This document shows positions 8,105 to 16,374 of a DNA stretch of 27,357 nucleotides, one piece after another. The notes beneath the pieces are model-generated. The model searched no databases, was not told where the DNA came from, and saw nothing but the letters and a program-made list of their open reading frames with translations. The stretch comes from a virus (lineage: Duplodnaviria > Caudoviricetes): IMG/VR virus record IMGVR_UViG_3300025659_000020, positions 1 through 27,357 of that record; one strand, written 5' to 3'. The stretch's first letter is position 1. Each line of letters opens with the position of its first letter. The position numbers and the translations under genes were made by a program.

Positions 8105-9187
8105 TTATATTAAGCCATGTGGTTTCGCTTCCACGATTCCTGCGTTTGTTATTTGTACATATTCGGGATTGAATTCGGCTAGATTTCGTGCACCACCATA
8201 TGATAATGCTGAACGTATTCCATCTACCAATCCATTGATAATAAATTTAACTCCACCTTTATATGGTATCATTGCTGACTCACCCTCTACATTACTAACA
8301 ATTCCACCATTATCTTGTTTTGCTTCAAGTGATGCTGAACCTCTGTATCGTTTGTATAACCCTTGTTTAGTTTCTATAACCAAGCCTGGTGATTCATCAG
8401 TACCAGCTAATAGTGAACCCACCATTACACAATCCGCTCCTAAAGCTAATGCCTTTGATATGTCACCACTATTACGTATACCACCATCAGCTATTATCGG
8501 TACAGTTGCAACTTGGCTAATATTTATTAAACTCGTTACACTTGGTACACCAAATCCAGTCTGAATCCGTGTGTTACATAGTGCTCCATTTCCTACATTT
8601 ATACGTAAACCATCCACACCCGCTTGTTCCAATTCTTCTGCCGCGTCGGCGGTAGCAATATTACCTGCTATAATATCAACCGTATCTTTTAAATTCAATT
8701 TACACCACCTAACCATGTCAATGACTTTTTGGTGGTGACCATGTGCCACATCAATTACAAGAATGTTTGCACCAGCTTCAACTAAATGTTGTGCTCGTTT
8801 TCTATCACTTGTTCGAACACCAATAGCGGCCATTATAGGTGGTTGTTTAATTTCTGAATGCCAGTCATCATACATAAAACCCCAATCTTCTAATTCTCGT
8901 TCACCATCTTTGGTTTTGTATATCCTAGTGTATAGTTCACGTACCATTGTAATTTGATCTGATATGGTCATGAATCTATGTATAACACCCACCCCGCCTA
9001 GTTTATATAACTTCCAAGCCATTTCTAAATCACATATAGTATCCATTGGTGAAGCAACTATCGGTATTATAATACCATATCTTCTACTTACCAATGTTCG
9101 TAATGAAACGTCTCTCCTACTTTTGATATTTGAAAATTCAGGTACTAACTGAATATCATCATATGCTAATGTTATTTCGTTTCTCAT
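8105..9187 (-). CDS. IMP dehydrogenase/GMP reductase family enzyme without CBS domains
   Basis: [53 protein letters not shown]. Confidence 0.92.
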   Translation of the reverse strand: MRNEITLAYDDIQLVPEFSNIKSRRDVSLRTLVSRRYGIIIPIVASPMDTICDLEMAWKLYKLGGVGVIHRFMTISDQITMVRELYTRIYKTKDGERELEDWGFMYDDWHSEIKQPPIMAAIGVRTSDRKRAQHLVEAGANILVIDVAHGHHQKVIDMVRWCKLNLKDTVDIIAGNIATADAAEELEQAGVDGLRINVGNGALCNTRIQTGFGVPSVTSLINISQVATVPIIADGGIRNSGDISKALALGADCVMVGSLLAGTDESPGLVIETKQGLYKRYRGSASLEAKQDNGGIVSNVEGESAMIPYKGGVKFIINGLVDGIRSALSYGGARNLAEFNPEYVQITNAGIVEAKPHGLI

Positions 9188-9900
9188 TCTTCTATTATTA
9201 TAAATTTACATTTCAGTAAATTCGTTATTTCCTGTTGTCTATTCATATCCTTTTTTATATTACTGGTATGGAACTTCTCATAATATTCGATTACTATATT
9301 CTTTTCTTTACTATACCCATCTACGAAATAACCAAGTTCCTTAATATGATACTCACCGCCGTTTTCTGCGTGTTGTAAATCTGTTATACCAAGTTCTTTT
9401 GCTTTTGCTTCTATAATTGGTATTGATGATTTATTATAATTCGGGTAAACTTCAAATTTAGTTTTCCAATACTTAATACTCGTTAATCGTCTGTTCTTGC
9501 AATATTTAACATATTCATCATCATTCATATTCTCAAAATATGACTTCCTAGATTCACTCATATTCTTACGAGTTTTATCACTATACACTCTACCGGTGAA
9601 AGACTCACTCATTCGTTTACGAGTTTCATCACTTACTATTTTCCCGGTTGCAGTCTCACTCATTTTTTTACGAGTTTCATCGGAACATCCTTGTAATTTA
9701 CGTTTTGCCTTTATCTTCTCAATTGTTTCAGGTTTGTGTTTTTTATTATACATTGGATTATTCATACCAATACGTGCACATCTTCTACATTTACTACCAG
9801 TCTTAGTGGCACCCATCAAATTTTTCTTACTACTATATGATACACCACACCCACATTCAGGACATTTTCTAGTCCATTTCTTTTTTTCGTTTTTGATCAT
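9184..9900 (-). CDS. putative homing endonuclease: zinc ribbon, NUMOD3 repeats and Vsr/DUF559-like nuclease
   Basis: CPECG...CRRC, three SD(E/K)TRK.MSE repeats, ENGGE...VDGY...VIEYYE..H. Confidence 0.8.
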   Translation of the reverse strand: MIKNEKKKWTRKCPECGCGVSYSSKKNLMGATKTGSKCRRCARIGMNNPMYNKKHKPETIEKIKAKRKLQGCSDETRKKMSETATGKIVSDETRKRMSESFTGRVYSDKTRKNMSESRKSYFENMNDDEYVKYCKNRRLTSIKYWKTKFEVYPNYNKSSIPIIEAKAKELGITDLQHAENGGEYHIKELGYFVDGYSKEKNIVIEYYEKFHTSNIKKDMNRQQEITNLLKCKFIIIEE

Positions 9901-10021
9901 AGTATCTCTCCATACGATGGGTATTTAACTTTTCTTTGTTCTTTTCATACCAACGTTTCCAAGTAGCATTATTTGCTGCTTTCTTTTCTTCTATTGTTTG
10001 ATATTTCTTCTTTCGTCCCAT
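9869..10021 (-). CDS. 50-aa MGRKKKY leader protein
   Basis: MGRKKKYQTIEEKKAANNATWKRWYEKNKEKLNTHRMERYYDQKRKKEMD; hand-translated. Confidence 0.8.
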   Translation of the reverse strand: MGRKKKYQTIEEKKAANNATWKRWYEKNKEKLNTHRMERYYDQKRKKEMD

Positions 10022-10038
10022 CTATATATAAGTATAAC

Positions 10039-10062
10039 TATTTGATAAAAAGTATTTGATAA
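10039..10062. repeat. 10-bp direct repeat with 14-bp period upstream of the cassette promoter
   Basis: tatttgataa at 10039-10048 and 10053-10062. Confidence 0.75.
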
Positions 10063-10085
10063 TTAGTAATTTATAACGATTCTAA

Positions 10086-11720
10086 TTAAGGTTTCCGGAA
10101 AATAAATATCGGTTCGTACTTGCTCCAAGATCCATCATGGAATACTTTGTTTTTTACTCCTTCGGAGGCTGAATCTAATCCAACCATACGTGTCATTTTC
10201 ATTTTTAATTTTCCTTTATATTTACACCCAAGTTCAGTTAATATATCAATTGAATCTTGTTCCAACGGATAATACAAATCTGTTCCTATTTTGATGTCTG
10301 CTATGTTCCAAAGTATATACCTATCATGTTTCAAGTATTCGAATATAGTAACCAATGTTGGTTTTAAGAAATTATCTCTCCAATTATCGTAATCTGAATA
10401 TTCATCCCATGATTGACCTGTTCCTTTATCACCGTACCGTTCCCTATTAAAATAAGGTGGGCTTGTGAATGCTATATCCAATGTTCCTTTGTATTTTTGA
10501 AACTCTGGATTGTGTTGTATTAACTCTGAACCATTATGAAATAATTCAAATGTATTTGAAGTTTTAGTAATTTCAAAGAATTTACCAAATGTATCTGGAA
10601 AATCATCTACACAATTATCATTGTAGAAATTAGCCATGTACTCATATCTTGATATACCAATACTTGGTATAAAGTTATCAGGGTTTGGATCAGTACCAAT
10701 GTAATGAAATTTCTTACGTGAACTCATTGCACCGAGTATTCTACCACCCCAACCACTTGATGAATCATATATGTTTAATGGTTCACTTTGTTTAATATGT
10801 GATGTATATGTTTCATATAGATACTTTGCAGTTAATGCTGGGAAATTCACAGCAGGTTGTCCACAACTTAATCTAAACACACTAAATATCTTCGGAAAAA
10901 TCTGTGTTGATTTATCATACCAACGAATCTGATATGAGTATTTCGTAACATTACCCGATTGTGATTCCGATTCCGATTCTAATTTATCAATATTAGATAC
11001 TTGGTGTGATTTTAACCACCCATTTTCTAAACATTGTTTTATTTCTTCATATGTACAATATAGATTATTAAATTCCAAAAACTGGTCATTAACTGTTCCA
11101 TAATTTTCTAAGGTTGATTCCTTTACTTTAGATATTGATATATCATAGTTAGAATATTCACCTCTAAATACATTTCCATTGTGGATATCTTTAATCAACT
11201 CAAATCCAGTCTGTCCATTCCAAAATGGGTTTTCATCTGGTTTCGTAACAACCGAACGCGACCATGAATACATAGAATCTCGTTTAACTGCCCGTTTCAT
11301 TATCCTAATGAACTTATCTTCCATATCAGGATCACCAAAATGGTCATATATTGAAATTCCATTATCAGTTGTTTTTCCACTTGATATTTTAGTTTTCAAC
11401 ATAGTAGGAAAAAACTGATTTACAACCGATGCATCTTTATTGAAATTCTGTATAATTCCCAACGAGTCGGTATCATCTGATAAATCTGTCTTTAAGAAAT
11501 CACAACTGTTACCCTTTAGTTTTTTCAAAGAGGTTATAATATCATTTCGATCTCTACCAATAACGGGTGGTGTGGAATTAACATCCCATTGGTGAGTGAT
11601 TTCCTTTCGTAGTAATCGTGCCCAATTCGTAAACTCGTCATCAGACATCTTTAATAATTGATAATATTCAATATTAGATTCTAATTCTTCAAATTTAGAT
11701 CTCTCGTGGAAATAATTCAT
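10086..11720 (-). CDS. amino-DNA methyltransferase-like protein (start revised to MNYFHERS)
   Basis: SAM motif YDSSSGWGGRILG, YIGTDPN, catalytic FTSPPYF; TAATG coupling at 11720. Confidence 0.85.
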   Translation of the reverse strand: MNYFHERSKFEELESNIEYYQLLKMSDDEFTNWARLLRKEITHQWDVNSTPPVIGRDRNDIITSLKKLKGNSCDFLKTDLSDDTDSLGIIQNFNKDASVVNQFFPTMLKTKISSGKTTDNGISIYDHFGDPDMEDKFIRIMKRAVKRDSMYSWSRSVVTKPDENPFWNGQTGFELIKDIHNGNVFRGEYSNYDISISKVKESTLENYGTVNDQFLEFNNLYCTYEEIKQCLENGWLKSHQVSNIDKLESESESQSGNVTKYSYQIRWYDKSTQIFPKIFSVFRLSCGQPAVNFPALTAKYLYETYTSHIKQSEPLNIYDSSSGWGGRILGAMSSRKKFHYIGTDPNPDNFIPSIGISRYEYMANFYNDNCVDDFPDTFGKFFEITKTSNTFELFHNGSELIQHNPEFQKYKGTLDIAFTSPPYFNRERYGDKGTGQSWDEYSDYDNWRDNFLKPTLVTIFEYLKHDRYILWNIADIKIGTDLYYPLEQDSIDILTELGCKYKGKLKMKMTRMVGLDSASEGVKNKVFHDGSWSKYEPIFIFRKP

Positions 11721-12880
11721 TATCGTCCTACCTCTTTTAAATACCGTTTTTTCATTTCTTCCCAACTGATACCAATTGCATCAATATAATACAAATCCTC
11801 TGGTTTCAGTCTATTTTCATCATATAGTTTTTCGTATCGCCTGATAGCCTTAGGTTTCCACCACCTATTAATATAATCAACACCCTCAGCAAACTTTTTC
11901 TTCATTACCAAATCTGATTCTTCAATCTCTGAACGTAGGAATTCATTACCATTATCATACATTTGAGCCAAATAAACACCACGTTTGAATCCATGATGAT
12001 ATGTTTTTGCGCTCACACCAATATGTTTAAAAATACAATTTATAACATTCTGTTTGGGGCCCGTTCTACTAATGGCATCCTCAAATTGTTCAGGGTGATT
12101 TGTTTTCAACCAATGAGACCACGGGATATACACATCATCATCTGGTTTTGTTGCCGTTTGGCCTGTTGATTCACCAAGTGTTTTGAAATGTGGTAACCCA
12201 TTATATTGAGAATGAACACCATATAATGATGTAGTTGTAACACCTATCAGAACATTATCATACTTTTGTTTCCAATAATTTCTGATTACGGGTGTTGTTG
12301 TCATTGCTGCTATTAACTTTCCACCGAGAAAATTAAATCCCAATGGTTGTGTACATACAATGGTCGAGGCAATTGTGGTATTATTCAGTTTACCCTTTTC
12401 AAATTTATCTTCCTTTTTCCAACCGATATAATTATCACGTACCTTTATACTCGTTACATCAGATGCTAATGATATTTGGCCTAGTAACTTTCCACTAGTT
12501 CTATCAATAACATACACTTTTACGTTTCTACCTGGATTAGCTGACCAACTCATGGTGTGAATCATTTTTCGAATATGAGTCCATTTCATCATTTCGTCTG
12601 AATTCTCTACGATTCTCACATATGGGTCTAACTCATTTATCTCACTAATGGTAAGTTCTTTGTTAGTTATATCGGTGGGTTTCCATTGCCAATCATAAAA
12701 CCCAGCTATTGTAGATTTACGGCGTATCATACTAGGTTCTTGTAATTCAACCCATTTTTTGTATAATGTCTGTTCTTCTACCGACATGGAACTTAAATAG
12801 TCCATGTTCTCCAGCAATAGTTTTTTCTCTAATTCGAAATCGAATTTGCTTCTATCTATACCGATATCCCAAAACTTCAT
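11720..12880 (-). CDS. DUF4338 (Druantia DruA-like) protein
   Basis: GKLLG.I.L.SD....RD.YIGW, QPLGFNFLGGKL.A and TTTSLYG..SQYN motifs, recognised from memory of the family. Confidence 0.7.
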   Translation of the reverse strand: MKFWDIGIDRSKFDFELEKKLLLENMDYLSSMSVEEQTLYKKWVELQEPSMIRRKSTIAGFYDWQWKPTDITNKELTISEINELDPYVRIVENSDEMMKWTHIRKMIHTMSWSANPGRNVKVYVIDRTSGKLLGQISLASDVTSIKVRDNYIGWKKEDKFEKGKLNNTTIASTIVCTQPLGFNFLGGKLIAAMTTTPVIRNYWKQKYDNVLIGVTTTSLYGVHSQYNGLPHFKTLGESTGQTATKPDDDVYIPWSHWLKTNHPEQFEDAISRTGPKQNVINCIFKHIGVSAKTYHHGFKRGVYLAQMYDNGNEFLRSEIEESDLVMKKKFAEGVDYINRWWKPKAIRRYEKLYDENRLKPEDLYYIDAIGISWEEMKKRYLKEVGR

Positions 12881-12881
12881 A

Positions 12882-13982
12882 TTATAGTACTTTCCAATTT
12901 TTTAATGAATTCTTCCAATATAATCTCTCAGTAATCTTTTTTGTATTTGGTCGTTCTATTTTCCCATCTAAATAATCTACTAGAATTTTAACAAATTCCT
13001 TTTTAGTATCATAAAATAGTGGATAATCATCCCCAACCATTTCTTCATAACATAATCCACGTGGTAAAATGTACGGTACACCTACACTCAATCCATCAGT
13101 TGCACTCATACTCCAAGCTGAATATGTTCGGAAACAACCCACACCAATATCAGCAGATGCAACATTTTTTAAGTATTGATTCCTATCAATGGCTCGTATT
13201 GATTGAACATACGGTCTATCCACGTCTGAAATTGAGGTTAAGACTTTGAAATCTTGTCGTATTTTCCACAACTTATCAATTTCCTTAAAGAACCATTCAG
13301 CTCCTGTGTATGGATTTGCACGGTGATTAAATAGAATTGTTTTAGGTTCAACCGTTCCAGTCGTAAATGATTCCGTTCCCAGATACCACGGCTGTATGAT
13401 TTTATCTAACTTATCCAATACGTTCTGATTGAAATAATCACCAGCTCTTTTAATAACCATACGTTTTACCCAATCCGAGTTAACCCCACACTCTTCCATT
13501 TGTAACATTCCTGTTACATTGGCTGTAAAACTGTTATATTGGTATCCACCGTTTTCGGGGATTTCCCACCAATGACAATATCCAATGATACGTTGTCCCA
13601 TTTTACTATAACGTCTTAGTATCAATGCCTGATTTGTCCACTCTGGTAAATGTGACCAAACAATATCGGTACTATCCCAATCTACTTTAGATTTAAAGAA
13701 ATTCGAAGGAAATTGGGTTCGCATTACGGGTGGAAATGTACTGATTTTACCCATGTTTACCAAAGTAACGTTTGGGTATTTTATAAAATCAGCAGGTATA
13801 TAACCATCAGGATACGGTATCGTGAAATGGTAATGTTCATTTTCTGTATTATTCAGAAATGATTTCATTACCAAAACAAACGAATCCGAATTGATGTCTT
13901 TATTTTTACCAAAATACGTATAGTTTGGTATTATCAATACACGTTTATCGTATTTTGAATCACTACCTTTCCAGAATTCCAT
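12882..13982 (-). CDS. glycosyltransferase (GT-B, GT4-like)
   Basis: DIVWSHLPE, LFNHR, WSMSATDGLSVGVPYI....CY.E nucleotide-sugar signature. Confidence 0.8.
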   Translation of the reverse strand: MEFWKGSDSKYDKRVLIIPNYTYFGKNKDINSDSFVLVMKSFLNNTENEHYHFTIPYPDGYIPADFIKYPNVTLVNMGKISTFPPVMRTQFPSNFFKSKVDWDSTDIVWSHLPEWTNQALILRRYSKMGQRIIGYCHWWEIPENGGYQYNSFTANVTGMLQMEECGVNSDWVKRMVIKRAGDYFNQNVLDKLDKIIQPWYLGTESFTTGTVEPKTILFNHRANPYTGAEWFFKEIDKLWKIRQDFKVLTSISDVDRPYVQSIRAIDRNQYLKNVASADIGVGCFRTYSAWSMSATDGLSVGVPYILPRGLCYEEMVGDDYPLFYDTKKEFVKILVDYLDGKIERPNTKKITERLYWKNSLKNWKVL

Positions 13983-13995
13983 AACTACGTTATTT

Positions 13996-14709
13996 TTAGT
14001 TACTTATCTGTACCAAGTAATAATCTGATGTGTAATTATCAATATCAAAGTGAATAGCCGCTAATCCCTGTGTTGAAATATCCAACACCGCATTTGTGGC
14101 ATCTTTGTTAGCAACAAGAATCTCTTTCAAGTATGTAGCTGAAAATGAAATTGGATCAACATCCTCTGTTACAGATGCATCAACCTCAATTGAAATACGG
14201 TTACTGTTAATCGAAGCGTATCCTAAGATAATCTTAGCAACACCATCTTTAACCATAAAGGTAAAGTTATCTTCCTCAGATAAAGCCGATTTTGCACGAA
14301 TGAATTTGTTAATAAACTTGTCATCTAATTTAATTTGTACATTAAATTCAGGTAACTTTTTCAAATCCGGTACAGTTGGTATTACTGATAGGTCGGATAA
14401 CATATAATTGATTGTTGATGATTTATCATTGAATTTAAGTGATACTAATTTACCATCTATCGTATTCAAGTTTAATGTAACATCTTCACCAAGTACCGAT
14501 AGCATTTTTACCAATTTACTTGTATCATATATACCATACGTCGTGGTATCATCCCCAAAATCTTTCATCATAACTGTACCTAGTACAGATTTATCATCTG
14601 ATATAAATGATGTCTTTAACGTTGAAGATTCAGATTCCCATTTTACGCTTTCAATTAAGCCAGCCAAATGATATTTGCTGACAAACTTTAACAATTTTGT
14701 TTTTTCCAT
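13996..14709 (-). CDS. sliding clamp (T4 gp45/PCNA-like)
   Basis: 237 aa, YGIYD..KL..ML, F.ATYLKE.L, IS.QGL..I.F, Y.LV; downstream of the polymerase. Confidence 0.85.
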   Translation of the reverse strand: MEKTKLLKFVSKYHLAGLIESVKWESESSTLKTSFISDDKSVLGTVMMKDFGDDTTTYGIYDTSKLVKMLSVLGEDVTLNLNTIDGKLVSLKFNDKSSTINYMLSDLSVIPTVPDLKKLPEFNVQIKLDDKFINKFIRAKSALSEEDNFTFMVKDGVAKIILGYASINSNRISIEVDASVTEDVDPISFSATYLKEILVANKDATNAVLDISTQGLAAIHFDIDNYTSDYYLVQISN

Positions 14710-14740
14710 GTTTGTTTTAATTATAGTTTTATTTGTTATA

Positions 14741-14772
14741 CAAAGATACGAAATTTATTTCACATATCCTAA
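14741..14772 (-). promoter_or_regulatory. Bacteroidetes-type sigma-A promoter
   Basis: Minus strand TTAGGATATGTGAAATAAATTTCGTATCTTTG contains TAnnTTTG; near-identical copies at 19217 and 23990. Confidence 0.75.
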
Positions 14773-14787
14773 TTTTATTTATTTATT

Positions 14788-15642
14788 TTAACCGAAACTG
14801 AAGAATTGTTCGGCTGCTTTTTGCTCGTTTACCACCTGTCCCCAGCCGAGAACGTTGTAAAAATCTTGTAATTTTTTGAGTAATTCACGTTCAAATATCT
14901 TATCGTAATCAATATACGTTTTGATAAATTCAGTTATTTCATCAGGATCGTTGTATCCTGTAAACCCAACTGCGGCAACACCAAATGGATTGTTTTTCAT
15001 ATATGCCCATTTAATCTTATCAGTATCCTTAACAGGTGCATATTTATATGGTGTCTTAAAATGTTTCAACATATCATTATATGTTATAGCGGCTTTAACG
15101 TGAGCAGGTGTTCCCTTTTTATATCTAAATAACGAACCATCACCAACCATATATTTTTTTAATCCTTTAATGGCTGAGTTTTTTGCTATCTCAGCTATAT
15201 TAAGTTGATTCATGTTATGCTTGAAATCCATTATCAAATCACGTAACTCATTTTGTGTTTTACCACGTAATATATCAATGAGTACCGTTTTCATTAAGTT
15301 AGCAAATGAGGCTGGAAATGATGATCTAACCACATCTAAACCTTTTACATCTAGTTTATCAACTGGTACACCTTTGTCTAAAATAATCCATTGAGCGTAT
15401 CGTTTTTTAGCAATCCAAATTCCTGCCTTAGCAATATATTCCTTTTTAATCTCTAATCGGTGTTTATCCTTTGAAACATTAAACACACTCGGTGCCAACA
15501 TATCATAGAAATCATTTAGATAATCTTGCATTTCACCTGCAATGTCATCCACGAACTTAGCTATTGTTTCTTGGTCATTATTTTCCCAACCCGGTCTTCT
15601 ATAACTTAACAATGGAACTGCACTAAAAAATACTGAATCCAT
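14788..15642 (-). CDS. family B DNA polymerase C-terminal part (second half of motif C, palm and thumb)
   Basis: Starts MDSVFF; KKRY, KGLDVVRS, GTPAHVKAA..YN, IDY; ends QKAAEQFFSFG. Confidence 0.92.
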   Translation of the reverse strand: MDSVFFSAVPLLSYRRPGWENNDQETIAKFVDDIAGEMQDYLNDFYDMLAPSVFNVSKDKHRLEIKKEYIAKAGIWIAKKRYAQWIILDKGVPVDKLDVKGLDVVRSSFPASFANLMKTVLIDILRGKTQNELRDLIMDFKHNMNQLNIAEIAKNSAIKGLKKYMVGDGSLFRYKKGTPAHVKAAITYNDMLKHFKTPYKYAPVKDTDKIKWAYMKNNPFGVAAVGFTGYNDPDEITEFIKTYIDYDKIFERELLKKLQDFYNVLGWGQVVNEQKAAEQFFSFG

Positions 15643-15726
15643 TTACGTGTCGATGTAGATATTGTGATCACTCGGGCCACTTGTATCTACATCGACTTCT
15701 ATTTTTTGTATGTTTTTAATCTTCAT
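15643..15726 (-). CDS. 27-codon middle segment of PolB (MKIKNIQKIEVDVDTSGPSDHNIYIDT*)
   Basis: In frame with and abutting 14788..15642; carries the YIDT half of YIDTDS; ATG overlaps the end of the upstream ORF. Confidence 0.8.
   Translation of the reverse strand: MKIKNIQKIEVDVDTSGPSDHNIYIDT
15649..15696 (-). other. 13-bp perfect inverted repeat (mRNA hairpin) ending one codon before the in-frame stop
   Basis: GTCGATGTAGATA ... TATCTACATCGAC with a 22-nt interior that can pair further (GTG/CAC). Confidence 0.9.
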
Positions 15727-15904
15727 TATGTTTCTTTATTGTACTTATATGTTTAATTACATCACGAGCCATTTCCATGTGTTCATCGTATTCATCACAA
15801 TCTTTGAAATTATCTCTGTTTGTAACTCTATCGGATACCCATTTTGATTTCATACCGTTGATGTAAATATCCCACGCCACGTCTTCTATCTTAGTAGTTT
15901 TCAT
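15716..15904 (-). CDS. hypothetical protein inserted between polymerase fragments
   Basis: 62 aa, tightly packed. Confidence 0.7.
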   Translation of the reverse strand: MKTTKIEDVAWDIYINGMKSKWVSDRVTNRDNFKDCDEYDEHMEMARDVIKHISTIKKHNED

Positions 15905-15906
15905 AT

Positions 15907-16167
15907 TTATGATTTTAATTCATCTAATTGTAATTCAAGATTTATTCGTTTCTTTTCTTCATTGAAGAACGGACATTTATCAGAACGTTTACACATAACA
16001 CACCAATTACCAATTCCCCACTTTGTACCCTCTTCACAAGCGTAACTAAGGTGTTCATCTATATAAGCATCCATTAACTCTAATACCGCCTCTCGTGGAA
16101 GATAATCGTATCCTTGCCATTTGAATAATCGGTATTTGTCATCGTACATATTTTCTTTTGATTTCAT
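15907..16167 (-). CDS. hypothetical protein inserted between polymerase fragments (Cys-rich C-terminus)
   Basis: 86 aa, C..C....CPF. Confidence 0.7.
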   Translation of the reverse strand: MKSKENMYDDKYRLFKWQGYDYLPREAVLELMDAYIDEHLSYACEEGTKWGIGNWCVMCKRSDKCPFFNEEKKRINLELQLDELKS

Positions 16168-16168
16168 A

Positions 16169-16372
16169 TCAATCTATTATTTCAAAGAATCCTGTTGCCT
16201 TGGTGTTGATTTCGTTAGCTGTAATCTCTCGTGATCGGTATTCGGTTACGCCTTTATCAAGTCTACCATATACATCACCATATTGTATCCAAACCCAACG
16301 ATACCAAACCCAACAAAATTTCATTATTCGGTATGTTTCGTTTTCTTGTTTTTCTATCTTAAATGTTTTCAT
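16169..16372 (-). CDS. hypothetical protein inserted between polymerase fragments
   Basis: 67 aa, Trp-rich FCWVWYRWVW; starts 2 nt after the PolB-N stop. Confidence 0.7.
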   Translation of the reverse strand: MKTFKIEKQENETYRIMKFCWVWYRWVWIQYGDVYGRLDKGVTEYRSREITANEINTKATGFFEIID

Positions 16373-16374
16373 GT

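Larger units (their letters stand above)
9184..10083 (-). mobile_element. leader-endonuclease cassette (Vsr-like cargo)
   Basis: Promoter, 14-bp-period repeat, leader and overlapping endonuclease, as in the other copies. Confidence 0.7.

Noticed and set aside
11720-12880. Complete Druantia defence system
   Set aside because: No DruE-like or other Dru genes are adjacent; the context is phage replication
15643-15645. Stop-codon reassignment or simple readthrough as the explanation of the PolB stop
   Set aside because: TAA is the common stop throughout the window, and readthrough would give DT-X-M-DS, distorting the catalytic turn
15649-15696. Hairpin as an intrinsic terminator
   Set aside because: No U-tract follows it on the minus (coding) strand. 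The plus strand has ttctatttttt after the stem, so an antisense terminator is not excluded, but no plus-strand gene is evident
15646-15726. Functional split-intein C-half ending in His-Asn
   Set aside because: The residue after HN is Ile, not Cys, Ser or Thr; block F is missing; the N-half lacks blocks A and B catalytic residues
15640-16372. Intact group I intron between or within the polymerase pieces
   Set aside because: The interval is fully packed with ORFs, leaving no room for a ribozyme core, and the 5' exon at the TAAATG ends in G rather than U
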